A stretch of 64,000 bases of DNA from Smithellaceae bacterium (GTDB lineage: Bacteria > Desulfobacterota > Syntrophia > Syntrophales > Smithellaceae): assembly GCA_963667845.2 (NCBI GenBank), contig CAXXVL010000002.1:2592001-2656000 (forward strand). Reading direction: 5' to 3'. Both the position numbers and the translations under genes were made by a program. This document shows, piece after piece, positions 10,144 to 20,300 of the stretch (positions within the stretch are counted from its first letter, which is position 1; each line of letters opens with the position of its first letter). A model generated the notes under the pieces. The model searched no databases and had not been told where the DNA came from. It was given only the letters and a program-made list of their open reading frames with translations.

Positions 10144-10365
10144 GGCAATATCCTTTCCTTGGGTCTATTGACTACCATGCGGAAGGGGAAATGTGAAAAT
10201 AAAATGCAAAAAAAATAAAAGATAGCAAACAGAAAAATATTGATAAGTATTTCAATCGGCTATATTGAGCACCTCATAAAAGTTTTCCAAATATGACCCC
10301 GGAAGAAATCGCCGTCGTGGAGGGGCTTGTGTGGCCGGTATTATTTCTTGTAAAATCGAGTCATC

Positions 10366-10666
10366 GCAGTTGAGCCGGGGCATACCCGGAGCGAATATGA
10401 CCGAAATATTGTGGCTCCTGGCGAAGCAGCGGATTCGATTTCTAAATAAAGCGCTATCTTTGTTGGCGTCGTTGTCGGCGTCCTCAACGTATTCGTGATA
10501 CGTCTCGTCGCCGCCGCCTAGCCGCCGCGATATCATCTTTATTAAGAAATGAATAATATGGTATGAACTGTTTAAGCCGAAGGCGAGTTTTCGGCTGCAG
10601 CCCGAGCGAGCATAGAGCCACAGTTGCAGGGCATTCTGAGCGATGGGTATGCACCGGCTCAACTGC
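10366..10666. repeat. About 300-bp element bounded by 22-bp inverted repeats, with a nested hairpin repeat (MITE-like)
   Basis: GCAGTTGAGCCGGGGCATACCC (10366-10387) vs GGGTATGCACCGGCTCAACTGC (10645-10666), one mismatch. Confidence 0.6.
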
Positions 10667-10735
10667 TACCGCGCAGTATTGAATGACAATCAGCCCCGTC
10701 TCTTTTACGAAATCAAGGGCGATGGAACAGGAAGA

Positions 10736-11692
10736 ATGCATAACGAACAAATCGAACTCTGGCAGCATCATCACGTATTTAACGCTGAGAAAAAAGCAGT
10801 CGAAAAACGAACTTTAATCGTCGTGATCATCACGTTCATCACCATGGTCGCGGAAATAGTAGTCGGCTGGATGTCCAATTCCATGGCGCTCCTGGCTGAT
10901 GGCTGGCATATGGGAACGCATGCCTTTGCCCTTGGCATATCACTGGCGGCGTATATTATGGCCAGAAAATATGCCCGGGACGAGACCTTTACGTTTGGAA
11001 CATGGAAAATTGAAATACTGGGCGGCTATACGAGCGCCGTTGTGCTGGGCATCGTTGCCCTGGCGATGATCTTTTCTTCCGTCGAGAGAATTCTTCATCC
11101 CCTGACCATCCATTACAATCAGGCGTTGCTTGTCGCGATTTTAGGCTTGCTCGTCAACCTGGCCTGCGCTTTCATCCTCAATAGCGGCGGCCATGCCCAT
11201 GATCATGAGCATCATCATCCAGGCGAAGATGAGCATGCCCATCATCACCATGCACATGAAGATCTGAATTTGAAATCGGCCTATTTGCATGTCGTGGCGG
11301 ATGCTCTGACGTCCGTGCTGGCCGTCGTTGCCTTAGTCGGCGCAAAATATTTTCAATTGGTCTGGCTGGACCCGTTTATGGGGATAGTCGGAGCGGGCTT
11401 AATTCTGCGCTGGTCGTTTATGTTATTGAAGGGCACGGGAAATATTCTGTTGGAGCGTGAGACGAATGGCGAAATAGCCGATGAAATCAAAAAAGAAATT
11501 GAATCCGATGGAGATTCGAAGATATGTGATTTACACCTCTGGAAGGTGGCGCAAAATAAATATGCCTGCATTTTGTCCGTGGTGACGTCGAAGGATATTT
11601 CCACTGAAGAATACAGAGCGCGTTTAAGCGGCGTTCATGAATTGACGCACCTAACCATTGAGGTCAATGAATGCCGGACGCGGCCGCACTGA
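10736..11692 (+). CDS. dmeF: CDF family Co/Ni efflux transporter (DmeF-like)
   Basis: SMALLADGWHMGTH, His-rich loop, NLKSAYLHVVAD, DLHLW; start moved to MHNEQ. Confidence 0.88.
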   Translation: MHNEQIELWQHHHVFNAEKKAVEKRTLIVVIITFITMVAEIVVGWMSNSMALLADGWHMGTHAFALGISLAAYIMARKYARDETFTFGTWKIEILGGYTSAVVLGIVALAMIFSSVERILHPLTIHYNQALLVAILGLLVNLACAFILNSGGHAHDHEHHHPGEDEHAHHHHAHEDLNLKSAYLHVVADALTSVLAVVALVGAKYFQLVWLDPFMGIVGAGLILRWSFMLLKGTGNILLERETNGEIADEIKKEIESDGDSKICDLHLWKVAQNKYACILSVVTSKDISTEEYRARLSGVHELTHLTIEVNECRTRPH

Positions 11693-11743
11693 GGCAGGGC
11701 GGGAAACCGAATATCGACATCACATGTAGGATTGGAGAAGATA

Positions 11744-12391
11744 ATGACCATACCGTTTACTGTCGAGCAGTTTTTCGCAGTTTTCCGAAACTATAATGAA
11801 GCCATCTGGCCTGCCCAGATCATTGCTTATATCCTGGGAATTGCGGCTCTTGTTCTGGCCGTGCGAAAGGTCAACCTGGCAGACCGCATCATCAGCGCGA
11901 TTCTGGCGATTTTCTGGGTTTGGATGGGCATTTTCTACCACATTCTCCATTTCAGTGTGATTAATCCGGCTGCCTGGGTTTTCGGAATCGTTTTCATTCT
12001 GCAGGGTCTGCTCTTTCTTGCGGCGGGGACTTTTCTGGGAAAGCTCTCCTTCCGCTTTACGGCGGAACCACTGCCGATAATTGGAGCGTTATTTATTCTT
12101 TATGCCATGGTCATTTATCCCGTCCTGGGCATCATCTTCGGCCACTTGTACCCCGCGGCGCCCATGTTTGGTGTTGCTCCCTGTCCGACAACGATTTTTA
12201 CGATCGGGATTTTATTGTGGACAGTCAAGAAAGTGCCCGGCTACCTCCTCGTCATTCCCTTTCTCTGGTCTTTGATCGGCATGAGCGCAGCGATCAATCT
12301 GCGGGTTCCTCAGGATTATGGGCTGGTTGTTGCCGTTGTTATCGGCACGGTCCTCATTTTGGTTCGCAACCGCAGAGCAGGGCAGGCATAA
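11744..12391 (+). CDS. Integral membrane protein (DUF6064-like)
   Basis: PFTVEQFF..F..YN.AIWP, FGVAPCPTTIFT; multiple TM helices. Confidence 0.7.
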   Translation: MTIPFTVEQFFAVFRNYNEAIWPAQIIAYILGIAALVLAVRKVNLADRIISAILAIFWVWMGIFYHILHFSVINPAAWVFGIVFILQGLLFLAAGTFLGKLSFRFTAEPLPIIGALFILYAMVIYPVLGIIFGHLYPAAPMFGVAPCPTTIFTIGILLWTVKKVPGYLLVIPFLWSLIGMSAAINLRVPQDYGLVVAVVIGTVLILVRNRRAGQA

Positions 12392-12444
12392 ACCAGTTTT
12401 CAATGCACAGTTGACAAAAGCGATGATGCTTGGTAAATGAGAAC

Positions 12445-12532
12445 ACAAATTCGGGGTGGCAGGGGCGTTGTCCTTGTCTGAGATCATACCCATTGAACCT
12501 GATCCGGGTAATGCCGGCGAAGGGAGAATAGA
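12445..12532 (+). ncRNA. TPP (thiamine pyrophosphate) riboswitch
   Basis: GGGGTG...CTGAGA..ATACCC..TGAACCTGATCCGGGTAATGCCGGCGAAGGGA consensus upstream of thiM-thiE. Confidence 0.95.
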
Positions 12533-12544
12533 GATGCCCGATTT

Positions 12545-12577
12545 AACCCTTTCTCCCGCACGGCGAAAGGGTTTTTT
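12545..12577 (+). terminator. Intrinsic terminator (riboswitch expression platform)
   Basis: AACCCTTTC...GAAAGGGTT stem followed by a T tract. Confidence 0.8.
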
Positions 12578-12725
12578 ATTATACCGATGTGCCTTCTTCG
12601 GCTAACTTTGTTGGCGTCGTCGTCGGCTTCCTCGACGTATAACCTGAAGGTCACGCGTCACTTATACGCCTGCGGAGCCTCCTCCTGGCCGCCTCGTTAT
12701 CCTTTGAAGTCAATCGGTATAATAA
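12576..12725. mobile_element. MITE-like element with 13-bp perfect terminal inverted repeats
   Basis: TTATTATACCGAT (12576-12588) / ATCGGTATAATAA (12713-12725); core homologous to 10441-10547. Confidence 0.6.
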
Positions 12726-12750
12726 CGACATTACAAAAGGAGACACTTTT

Positions 12751-13554
12751 ATGAAGATAACCGCGGCAGAGATTTTCAAATCGGTGGAAGACGTCAGGGC
12801 GAAGAGCCCTCTCATCCATAATATCACCAATTACGTGGTGATGAACAATACGGCCAACGCGCTCCTGGCCATCGGCGCTTCACCGGTGATGATCCACGCC
12901 GAAGAAGAAGTGGAAGACATCGCCGCGATCGCTTCCGCGCTCGTCATCAATATTGGTACGATGAGCCCTCCCTGGGTCCGGGGCATGTTTAAAGCTTTTG
13001 CCAAAGCGGTATCCAAAGGCGTGCCCGTGGTCATCGATCCGGTCGGCGCGGGGGCGACACCCTACCGAACGCAGACGATTCGTGAGTTGATCGGTGCGGG
13101 CAGGCCTTCGATTATCCGGGGCAATGCCTCCGAAATCATGGCGCTTACGGATGACCGGCTCACGACGAAAGGTGTGGACAGTACGGCCGCCTCCAATGAG
13201 GCGCTTCAGGCCGCGCAGTACATCAGCGAAAAACATCAGTGCACCGTATGCGTGAGCGGCGCCGTCGATTACATTATAGACGGTGCACGGATGTTGAAGA
13301 TCGCCAACGGCCATCCGCTGATGACCAAAGTTACGGGTCTGGGCTGTACGGCAAGCGCCTTGTGCGGCGCCTTTGCCGCGGTGGAAAAAGATGCAATGAT
13401 GGCGGCGGCGAAGGCGATGTCGGTGATGGGCATCGCCGGAGAAATGGCGGCTTCCCTGTCCGCGGGTCCCGGTTCGCTGCAAATGCATTTTCTGGATATC
13501 CTGTATCGGCTCAGCCAATCCGATATCGCGGGGCGTTTAAAAATAGAGGAGTAG
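12751..13554 (+). CDS. thiM: Hydroxyethylthiazole kinase
   Basis: PLIHNITNYV, ANALLAIGASPVM, DPVGAGAT, VTGLGC. Confidence 0.95.
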   Translation: MKITAAEIFKSVEDVRAKSPLIHNITNYVVMNNTANALLAIGASPVMIHAEEEVEDIAAIASALVINIGTMSPPWVRGMFKAFAKAVSKGVPVVIDPVGAGATPYRTQTIRELIGAGRPSIIRGNASEIMALTDDRLTTKGVDSTAASNEALQAAQYISEKHQCTVCVSGAVDYIIDGARMLKIANGHPLMTKVTGLGCTASALCGAFAAVEKDAMMAAAKAMSVMGIAGEMAASLSAGPGSLQMHFLDILYRLSQSDIAGRLKIEE

Positions 13555-13556
13555 CC

Positions 13557-14180
13557 ATGCACGGTGTTTATCTGGTAACGGATCGCGGCCTGTGCCGCAG
13601 CCGATCCCTGCAGGATGTTGTCATGCAGGCTGTGAAGGGCGGTGCTGCTTATGTCCAGTTGCGTGAAAAGGACTTGACGACACGCGCTTTTGTGGAAGAA
13701 GCCATCTGGATCAAAAAAATGCTCGTTCCTCATCGCGTGCCGCTGATTATCAATGACCGGATTGATGTGGCGCTGGCATCAGGCGCTGAGGGCGTGCATA
13801 TCGGCCAGGAAGACATGCCGTACAAAACGGCACGCCGCCTGATGGGCCCGAAGGCCATTATCGGGCTGTCGGTGGAAACATGGAAAGATGTTGAGGTGAG
13901 CGAGAAACTCGACGTCGATTACATCGGAGTCAGTCCCGTTTTTGCGACGCCGACCAAGACGGATACGAAAGAGCCCTGGGGACTCGACGGACTCCGGAGA
14001 ATTAAAGCGGCGAGCCGACATCCGCTGGTCGCCATCGGCGGGATCAATGCCGAAAATGCCCGGGCGGTCATCGAAGCGGGGGCGGATGCTCTCGCCGTCG
14101 TATCGGCCATCTGCGCGGCAGACGACCCCGAAGCGGCAACGCGCGAAATATTAAATGCGTTCACGAGCCGCAATCAGTAA
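13557..14180 (+). CDS. thiE: Thiamine phosphate synthase
   Basis: YLVTD, VQLREK, INDRID, GVHIGQED, TPTK, AIGGI; start MHGVY just after the thiM stop. Confidence 0.95.
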   Translation: MHGVYLVTDRGLCRSRSLQDVVMQAVKGGAAYVQLREKDLTTRAFVEEAIWIKKMLVPHRVPLIINDRIDVALASGAEGVHIGQEDMPYKTARRLMGPKAIIGLSVETWKDVEVSEKLDVDYIGVSPVFATPTKTDTKEPWGLDGLRRIKAASRHPLVAIGGINAENARAVIEAGADALAVVSAICAADDPEAATREILNAFTSRNQ

Positions 14181-14364
14181 GCATTTCTCCCGGGTGTTTC
14201 CTGATGAAGCGCGAAAATGCGGGTAATCTCTCTTGACAAAACCCGACCGTGAAATTACTAATTTACTAATGGAATCAGGGCGACCTCAGAGTCTTACTTT
14301 GACAGGTCAAATTTTCCTTCCGGGAAATATCAACGTTAGAGGCAGGGAAGAGGAAGAAAAACGA

Positions 14365-14742
14365 ATGGGTGTGAAGGTTCAGAGAAGTCTCATCGTGTAT
14401 GCTGTTTTACTCTTCTATCTTTGCACGCCTGTCATCGACAGTATGATCTGCGCTGACTGTGCCGGTAACGTTCCTTTTCAGGGTAAAACAACGATCTCGC
14501 ACATGAAGACTCTGCACACAGATGTCAGCTATTCCCGGAAAGGGGAAACGAAATCCGAAACTACCGCAGATCAGGATCATAAAACGATTTGTTCAATCTG
14601 TGCCAATGTTGTTATGGACGCAGAAAGCTCTTCCGTCAATCCACCCGCCATCACGGCGCAAAGTCATGATGCCCAGGTATTCGATGTGATTTCCGATCCG
14701 CATTGTCCCATCGACAAACCACCTCAGAACTGCCTCGTATAA
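14365..14742 (+). CDS. Secreted CxxC protein, DUF2946/CutF/CruR-like upstream ORF
   Basis: Signal-peptide-like N-terminus, CADC and CSIC motifs, C-terminal DKPPQ; directly upstream of the RND operon. Confidence 0.65.
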   Translation: MGVKVQRSLIVYAVLLFYLCTPVIDSMICADCAGNVPFQGKTTISHMKTLHTDVSYSRKGETKSETTADQDHKTICSICANVVMDAESSSVNPPAITAQSHDAQVFDVISDPHCPIDKPPQNCLV

Positions 14743-14834
14743 GCCCTTCTTTGCAGAGAGTGTTGACAGAATTGCACCCTATTTTCTGTCAAACTATTTC
14801 TGCCTGATTCAAACGTTCTATACGAGGTCAACAC

Positions 14835-16064
14835 ATGCAGAATTTGATCATTTCAATTTTATTAATGTTTATTCTTGTCAGTCCGGCTTATCCGCTAACC
14901 ATGGATGAGGCGGCTAAGCATGCCCTTGCACAAAATCCCGATCTTCGCGCCATGAGATTCGAAGAAGATATTGCCAGAGGTCAACTGGAAAAAGCGCAGC
15001 TGCTTTTAATCAATAACCCGACCCTTGAGGGAAATATATCAAAAAAGGACAGACCTGAAGGGGAGAGCGGCGGCGCCTTTACCAACTATGGATTTAAGCT
15101 CTCCCAGGAATTTGAAGTCGCCGGGCAGAGGGGATCGAGGATCGCGGTCGCGAAAAATGAGCTCGAAAGAGTAAGAGCCGAAATTAAGAATAAAGAACGG
15201 GTGCTCACGGCAGAAGTGAAAGACGCATTTGCCAAAGTTCTTGCCTTAAAGAAGAAGCAGGGATTGGCGCAAGAGATCGTCGGTCTGAAAGAAGAGCTGC
15301 TTGGCTATACCAGGATCAAGTTTCAGGCAGGCGATGTAGCCCGTCTGGATGTAAACCTTGCCGAGGTGGAAGTGAGTAAGGCGAAAAGAGATCTTCTCCA
15401 GAGCCTGCGGGAATACAGGGAATCCCTTCTTGCCTTGCAGGGCTTGCTTGGCTTGTCACCCGATCTGTCGGCCGCGATCCAGGGCGTCCTGCCTTCAGAA
15501 GCGCCGGCTTTGCCCGATAAAAAGGTCCTGAAGGAATTGGCTTTTACGCAGAGACCCGATGCCAGGGCGAACCTGCTGGAAATAGACAGGAGCAAAGCTG
15601 CACTTACGCTGGCTAAAAAAGAAGTCATTCCGAATGTTACGATTGCCGGTTTTTACGATAAAGACGAATTGCGAAATATTGTCGGTATGGAGATATCTAT
15701 TCCTTTTCCCCTCTTTGACCGGAAACAGGCCCAAAAGAAAGAAGCGTACGCCAGGTCTGAGGGGGCAAAAATAAAGTCAGACGGACTGAAGAAGGCGATT
15801 GAGCGCGAAGTCGAGCAGGCCTGCGGTGATTTGACAACGGCCGTCGAGGAGCTGACACTTTTCAAAAAAGAAATTATTGAGAAAGCCGCCGAGAACCTGA
15901 ATCTTCTGAATCTGGCCTACAAGGAAGGCAAGGTCGGATTCTTTGAAGTGCGGCTGGCTCAGAAGGACATGATTGAGGCGCAGTTCACCTATATTGAAGT
16001 ACAGACAAAGACACAGCTGGCGCTTAATGCAATGGAAAAAACGATCGGGGGAGCACTGAAATGA
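14835..16064 (+). CDS. TolC/CzcC family outer membrane efflux protein
   Basis: Signal peptide, ALAQNPDL, LSQEFE, SIPFPLFDR; first gene of a CBA operon. Confidence 0.9.
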   Translation: MQNLIISILLMFILVSPAYPLTMDEAAKHALAQNPDLRAMRFEEDIARGQLEKAQLLLINNPTLEGNISKKDRPEGESGGAFTNYGFKLSQEFEVAGQRGSRIAVAKNELERVRAEIKNKERVLTAEVKDAFAKVLALKKKQGLAQEIVGLKEELLGYTRIKFQAGDVARLDVNLAEVEVSKAKRDLLQSLREYRESLLALQGLLGLSPDLSAAIQGVLPSEAPALPDKKVLKELAFTQRPDARANLLEIDRSKAALTLAKKEVIPNVTIAGFYDKDELRNIVGMEISIPFPLFDRKQAQKKEAYARSEGAKIKSDGLKKAIEREVEQACGDLTTAVEELTLFKKEIIEKAAENLNLLNLAYKEGKVGFFEVRLAQKDMIEAQFTYIEVQTKTQLALNAMEKTIGGALK

Positions 16065-17302
16065 TACTGCGATATGGAAATATGGCGAAACGGACGATAC
16101 TTATTGCATTCATTCTTCTATCGGCAGTTGTCGTCTTAACCGCAGGATGCGGAAAGAAGGAAGCCCATGAGGACGGAGTCAACAAAACGGCCCAAAAGCA
16201 TGAACCCGGACACAAGGGAAATGACCGGAAAGAAGAGCAGGGCGTGGTGACGCTGTCGCCCGAAATGCAAAAGTCTTCAGGAATAGAGGTCAGACCCGTA
16301 GTCCTCGAGAGCGCGGCAGTTCCCTTCTCGGCGACGGCGGCCATTGAGATGAACATGGACAGAACCGCCCGAATCAGCACCCGGGTCGCGGGAAAGGCGG
16401 TAAAGATCAATGTATCCCAGGGTGACAGAGTAAAAACGAGCCAGATTCTCGCCTGGCTTGATTCTGTCGAGCTCGATCAGATCTGGAGCGATTATCGCAA
16501 GGCGCAGGGCAGGCTGGAACTGGCCAGGAAAACTCTGCGGCGGGAAGAAACGCTGTTCCAGAAAGAAGTATCTCCGGAAAAGGATGTGCTGAGGGCTCGC
16601 CAGGAACTGGATGAAGCCGAGACGGAAGTAAATCTTGCCAGGGAACGCTTCCGGCTGGTTGGTATCGACGTGTCTCAGTATGCCGCAACCAGAGGCAGCG
16701 GCAGTCATCCCCTTGTTCCTGTTGCCTCGCCCGCGGGCGGGGTCGTCATCGAAAAGGCGATTACCCTGGGCGAAGTTGTTCATCCCGACAAGACCCTCTT
16801 TCTGGTCGCCGATCTTTCGACGCTCTGGGTGGCAATCGATGTTTACGAAAAAGATATGTCCAGGCTCAAGGTCGGGACGGACGTGAAAGTGTCGATCACG
16901 GCGTTTCCCGACAAGGTCTTCAAGGGGAAGATATCCTACGTTGCCGATATCGTCGATGAAAGAACAAGAACCGAAAAAGCGCGGGTCACCATCGACAACC
17001 GCAGCGGTCTGCTCAAGCCCGGCATGTTTGCAACAGTCATTGCCGAACCGGGAAACGGCGGGACCGAGCGGCTGATCGTAATTCCGGAAGAAGCTATGCA
17101 GATCGACGGGGCGGCACGCTATGTCTTCGTTCGGGTCTCCCCCGACAAATTCGCGAGAAGAGATATCGAAACCGGCCGGTCCTTCGGAAAGAACCTGGAG
17201 GTTATCAGAGGACTCAAGGAAGGCGACGTTTTTGCCGTCAAGGGCGCCTTCATCCTGAAATCCGAACTTAAAAAGGGCGAATTGGAAGGGGATGCGCACT
17301 GA
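16061..17302 (+). CDS. RND efflux periplasmic adaptor (CzcB-like; start may be 16082)
   Basis: Lipoprotein-like TAGC, ADLSTLWV, LLKPGMF. Confidence 0.9.
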   Translation: MILRYGNMAKRTILIAFILLSAVVVLTAGCGKKEAHEDGVNKTAQKHEPGHKGNDRKEEQGVVTLSPEMQKSSGIEVRPVVLESAAVPFSATAAIEMNMDRTARISTRVAGKAVKINVSQGDRVKTSQILAWLDSVELDQIWSDYRKAQGRLELARKTLRREETLFQKEVSPEKDVLRARQELDEAETEVNLARERFRLVGIDVSQYAATRGSGSHPLVPVASPAGGVVIEKAITLGEVVHPDKTLFLVADLSTLWVAIDVYEKDMSRLKVGTDVKVSITAFPDKVFKGKISYVADIVDERTRTEKARVTIDNRSGLLKPGMFATVIAEPGNGGTERLIVIPEEAMQIDGAARYVFVRVSPDKFARRDIETGRSFGKNLEVIRGLKEGDVFAVKGAFILKSELKKGELEGDAH

Positions 17303-20300
17303 TGCTCGAAAAAATCATTGCCTATACGTTGAAGCAAAAAGGGATGGTGATTTTCCTTTCATTTTTAATCATTGCGGCAGGCGTTTATTCCTATTTTAAA
17401 TTGCCGATTGACGCTTTTCCGGACGTCACCAACATTCAGGTGGAAGTCATCAGCCACGCGGACGGATTATCAGCCATCGAGATTGAGCGAAATGTCACGT
17501 ATCCGATTGAAATGGCGATGCGCGGTTTGCCGGATATCGAACAAATGCGTTCGGTCACGAAGTTCGGTTTGTCCATTGTAACAATCGTTTTTAAAGATCA
17601 GGTGGATATTTATTTTGCGCGGCAGCTCGTCTTTGAACGGTTGGCCGAGGCCCGGGAGAATGTCCCTAAAGGCGTTGAAGTCGCCATGGGGCCCATCGGC
17701 ACGGCGATGGGAGAAATCTATCAGTACACGCTCGAAGGGAAAATGCCGAAAGATCCACAGCAAAAAATATCTTACCTGACGCAGCTTAGAACCCTGGAGG
17801 AATGGGTGGTTGCGCCGCAGTTGAAAAGCGTCGCCGGCGTCAATGAAATCAATTCTTACGGCGGTTACTTCAAGCAGTATCAGGTCATTGTATCGCCGGA
17901 GAAACTGGTGAAGCATGCCGTAACGGTGGACGCTGTTTATTCTGCTATCGGCAGCAATAATCAAAACGTGGGCGGCAATATCCTGGAGCGAAATGCGGAT
18001 GAATATATTGTTCGCGGCGTCGGGTTGATCCGAAGTATCGGGGACATCGAAAACATTGTCCTGAAATCCGAACGCGGAACACCGACCTGCATAAGAGATG
18101 TTGCCGAAGTGAAGATCGGCGAAGCCGTTCGGATGGGTGCGGCTATGAAGAACGGTCAGGATGAAGCGGTCGGCGGAATCGTCATGATGCTCAGAGGCGA
18201 AAACAGCCGTGACGTTGTTCGCCGTGTAGCCCAAAAAGTAAAGGAAATTAATGAGAACAATATGCTTCCGGACGGCGTCAGGATCATACCCTATTACGAC
18301 AGAAGTGATATTGTTAACGCGAGCGTTAATACGGTAACCAAAGCCCTGATTGAAGGCGCTATCCTGGTACTTGTCATATTATATCTATTATTGAGAAGCT
18401 TCCGGGGAAGTTTTATCGTGTTGATTGCCTTACCTCTCTCCCTGTTTATTACCTTTATCGTGATGAAGCTTGTCGGATTGAGCGCGAATTTGATGTCCCT
18501 CGGCGGAATCGCTATTTCCATTGGAATGATCCTGGACTCAACAATAATCCAGGTGGAAAACGTGCAGCGTCATTACGTTGAGAGGCAGAAAGATCAACAC
18601 CCGATTCTTACCGTCCTTAAGGCGGTCGTTGAGGTTCAGAAGCCCAGCATTTTTGGGGTCTTGATCATTGCCGTTACTTTTCTTCCGATTATCTCCATGG
18701 AGGGAATTGAAGGGAAGATGTTCGGGCCGCTTGCCGTAACGGTTGCGATAGCGCTCCTCGCATCCCTGTTTCTTTCCATCTTTATTGTTCCGGTTCTGTG
18801 CCTGCTGTTTCTGAAACCGCAGGCGCCTAAAGAGAGCATCATCATGAAGTATGCAAGGAAATTTTACTTGCCTCTTCTGGAATATGCCATGAATAAGAAA
18901 ACAATAGTCTTAAGCATTGCCGGACTGCTCCTGGTGATTTCTCTGTTTCTATTCACCAGATTGGGGACGGAGTTTATCCCAACCATGGATGAAGGCTCGT
19001 TTGATATGGATGTGGCGATGCTCCCAGGTGTTTCGCTGGCAACGGCAATGGATGTCAACCAGCGTGCTGCCCAAAAATTGAAGCAGTTTGACGAACTGGA
19101 TATCGTGGTATCGCGCACAGGGCAAACAGGCGTGGCCCTGGATACCAGGGGCACGGATAAAACCGGGTATGTCGGTATTTTTAAACCGCGAAGTGATTGG
19201 AAACGGTCTATTTCGAAGGAAGAACTAACCAATGAAATGCGCAAGTCATTGGAGTCGATAGCAGGAATCACTTTTGGGTTCAGCCAGCCGATCCAGTGCC
19301 GGATTGATGAACTCGTTGCCGGAACACGCGCACAACTGATCGTCAAGCTGTTTGGCGATGACATTGACGTGCTGAATGACAAGTCGGCTGAAATTGCGAA
19401 AGTTCTTTCGGCAATAAAGGGCGGGACCGACCTGGCTACGGAAAAGGTATCGGGTCAGCCGTATCTGACGATCAACATCGACCGGTCAAGAATGGCAAGG
19501 TATGGTTTGAATATCAGCGATGTTCAAAGTGTTATTGAAATAGCGGTTGCCGGGAAGTCCGCTTCTCAATTATATGAAGAGAACCGGAGCTTCGATATAA
19601 CCGTCCGCCTGCCGGAAGAAAAAAGAAATTCCCTCGATGCGATCAAAAACATCTTGGTCACCTCAAAATCAGGGATGAATATTCCCCTCGAACAGTTGGC
19701 CGATGTGAAAATGATCGAAGGCCCGGTTCAGATCAGCCGCCAGGACGGGATCAGAAGAATCGGGATCGAGATGAATATCAGCGGCAGAGATATCGGCGGT
19801 TTCGTTGCAGAAGCCAAACAAAGGATAAAAGAGCAGGTTAAGTTGCCCGCCGGTTATTATCTGACCTGGGGCGGGCAGTTTGAAAATCAGCAAAGAGCGA
19901 TGAACAGACTGATGATCATCGGTCCTGTTGCCATCGGACTGATTCTGCTTCTCCTTTATATCACCTTTCGATCGATCCGCTTGTCGCTCCTGGTCATTTC
20001 TAATCTGCCCTTTGCTCTGATCGGCGGTGTTTTTGCCCTCTTCATATCCGGACAATATCTGTCTGTGCCGGCATCCGTGGGTTTTATCGTTCTATTCGGC
20101 GTCGCTGTATTGAATGGCCTTGTGCTGGTATCACGCATTTCGCAATTGCGCGAAGACGGGCTTGAATTGCCGGAAGCCATCCGGAAGGGAAGTTTGGACA
20201 GATTGCGTCCGGTATTGATGACTGCATCCATCGCGGTCTTCAGTTTGATTCCCATGCTGGTTGCCGGCGGGACGGGTTCCGAAATTCAAAAACCGCTGGC

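Noticed and set aside
10252..10774. Minus-strand ORFs 10252-10662 and 10484-10774
   Set aside because: They lie across palindromic repeat elements and have no protein-like features
13239..13556. Apparent 106-aa N-terminal extension of ThiE
   Set aside because: It overlaps thiM in another frame; the true start is the ATG at 13557 with a GAGGAG RBS
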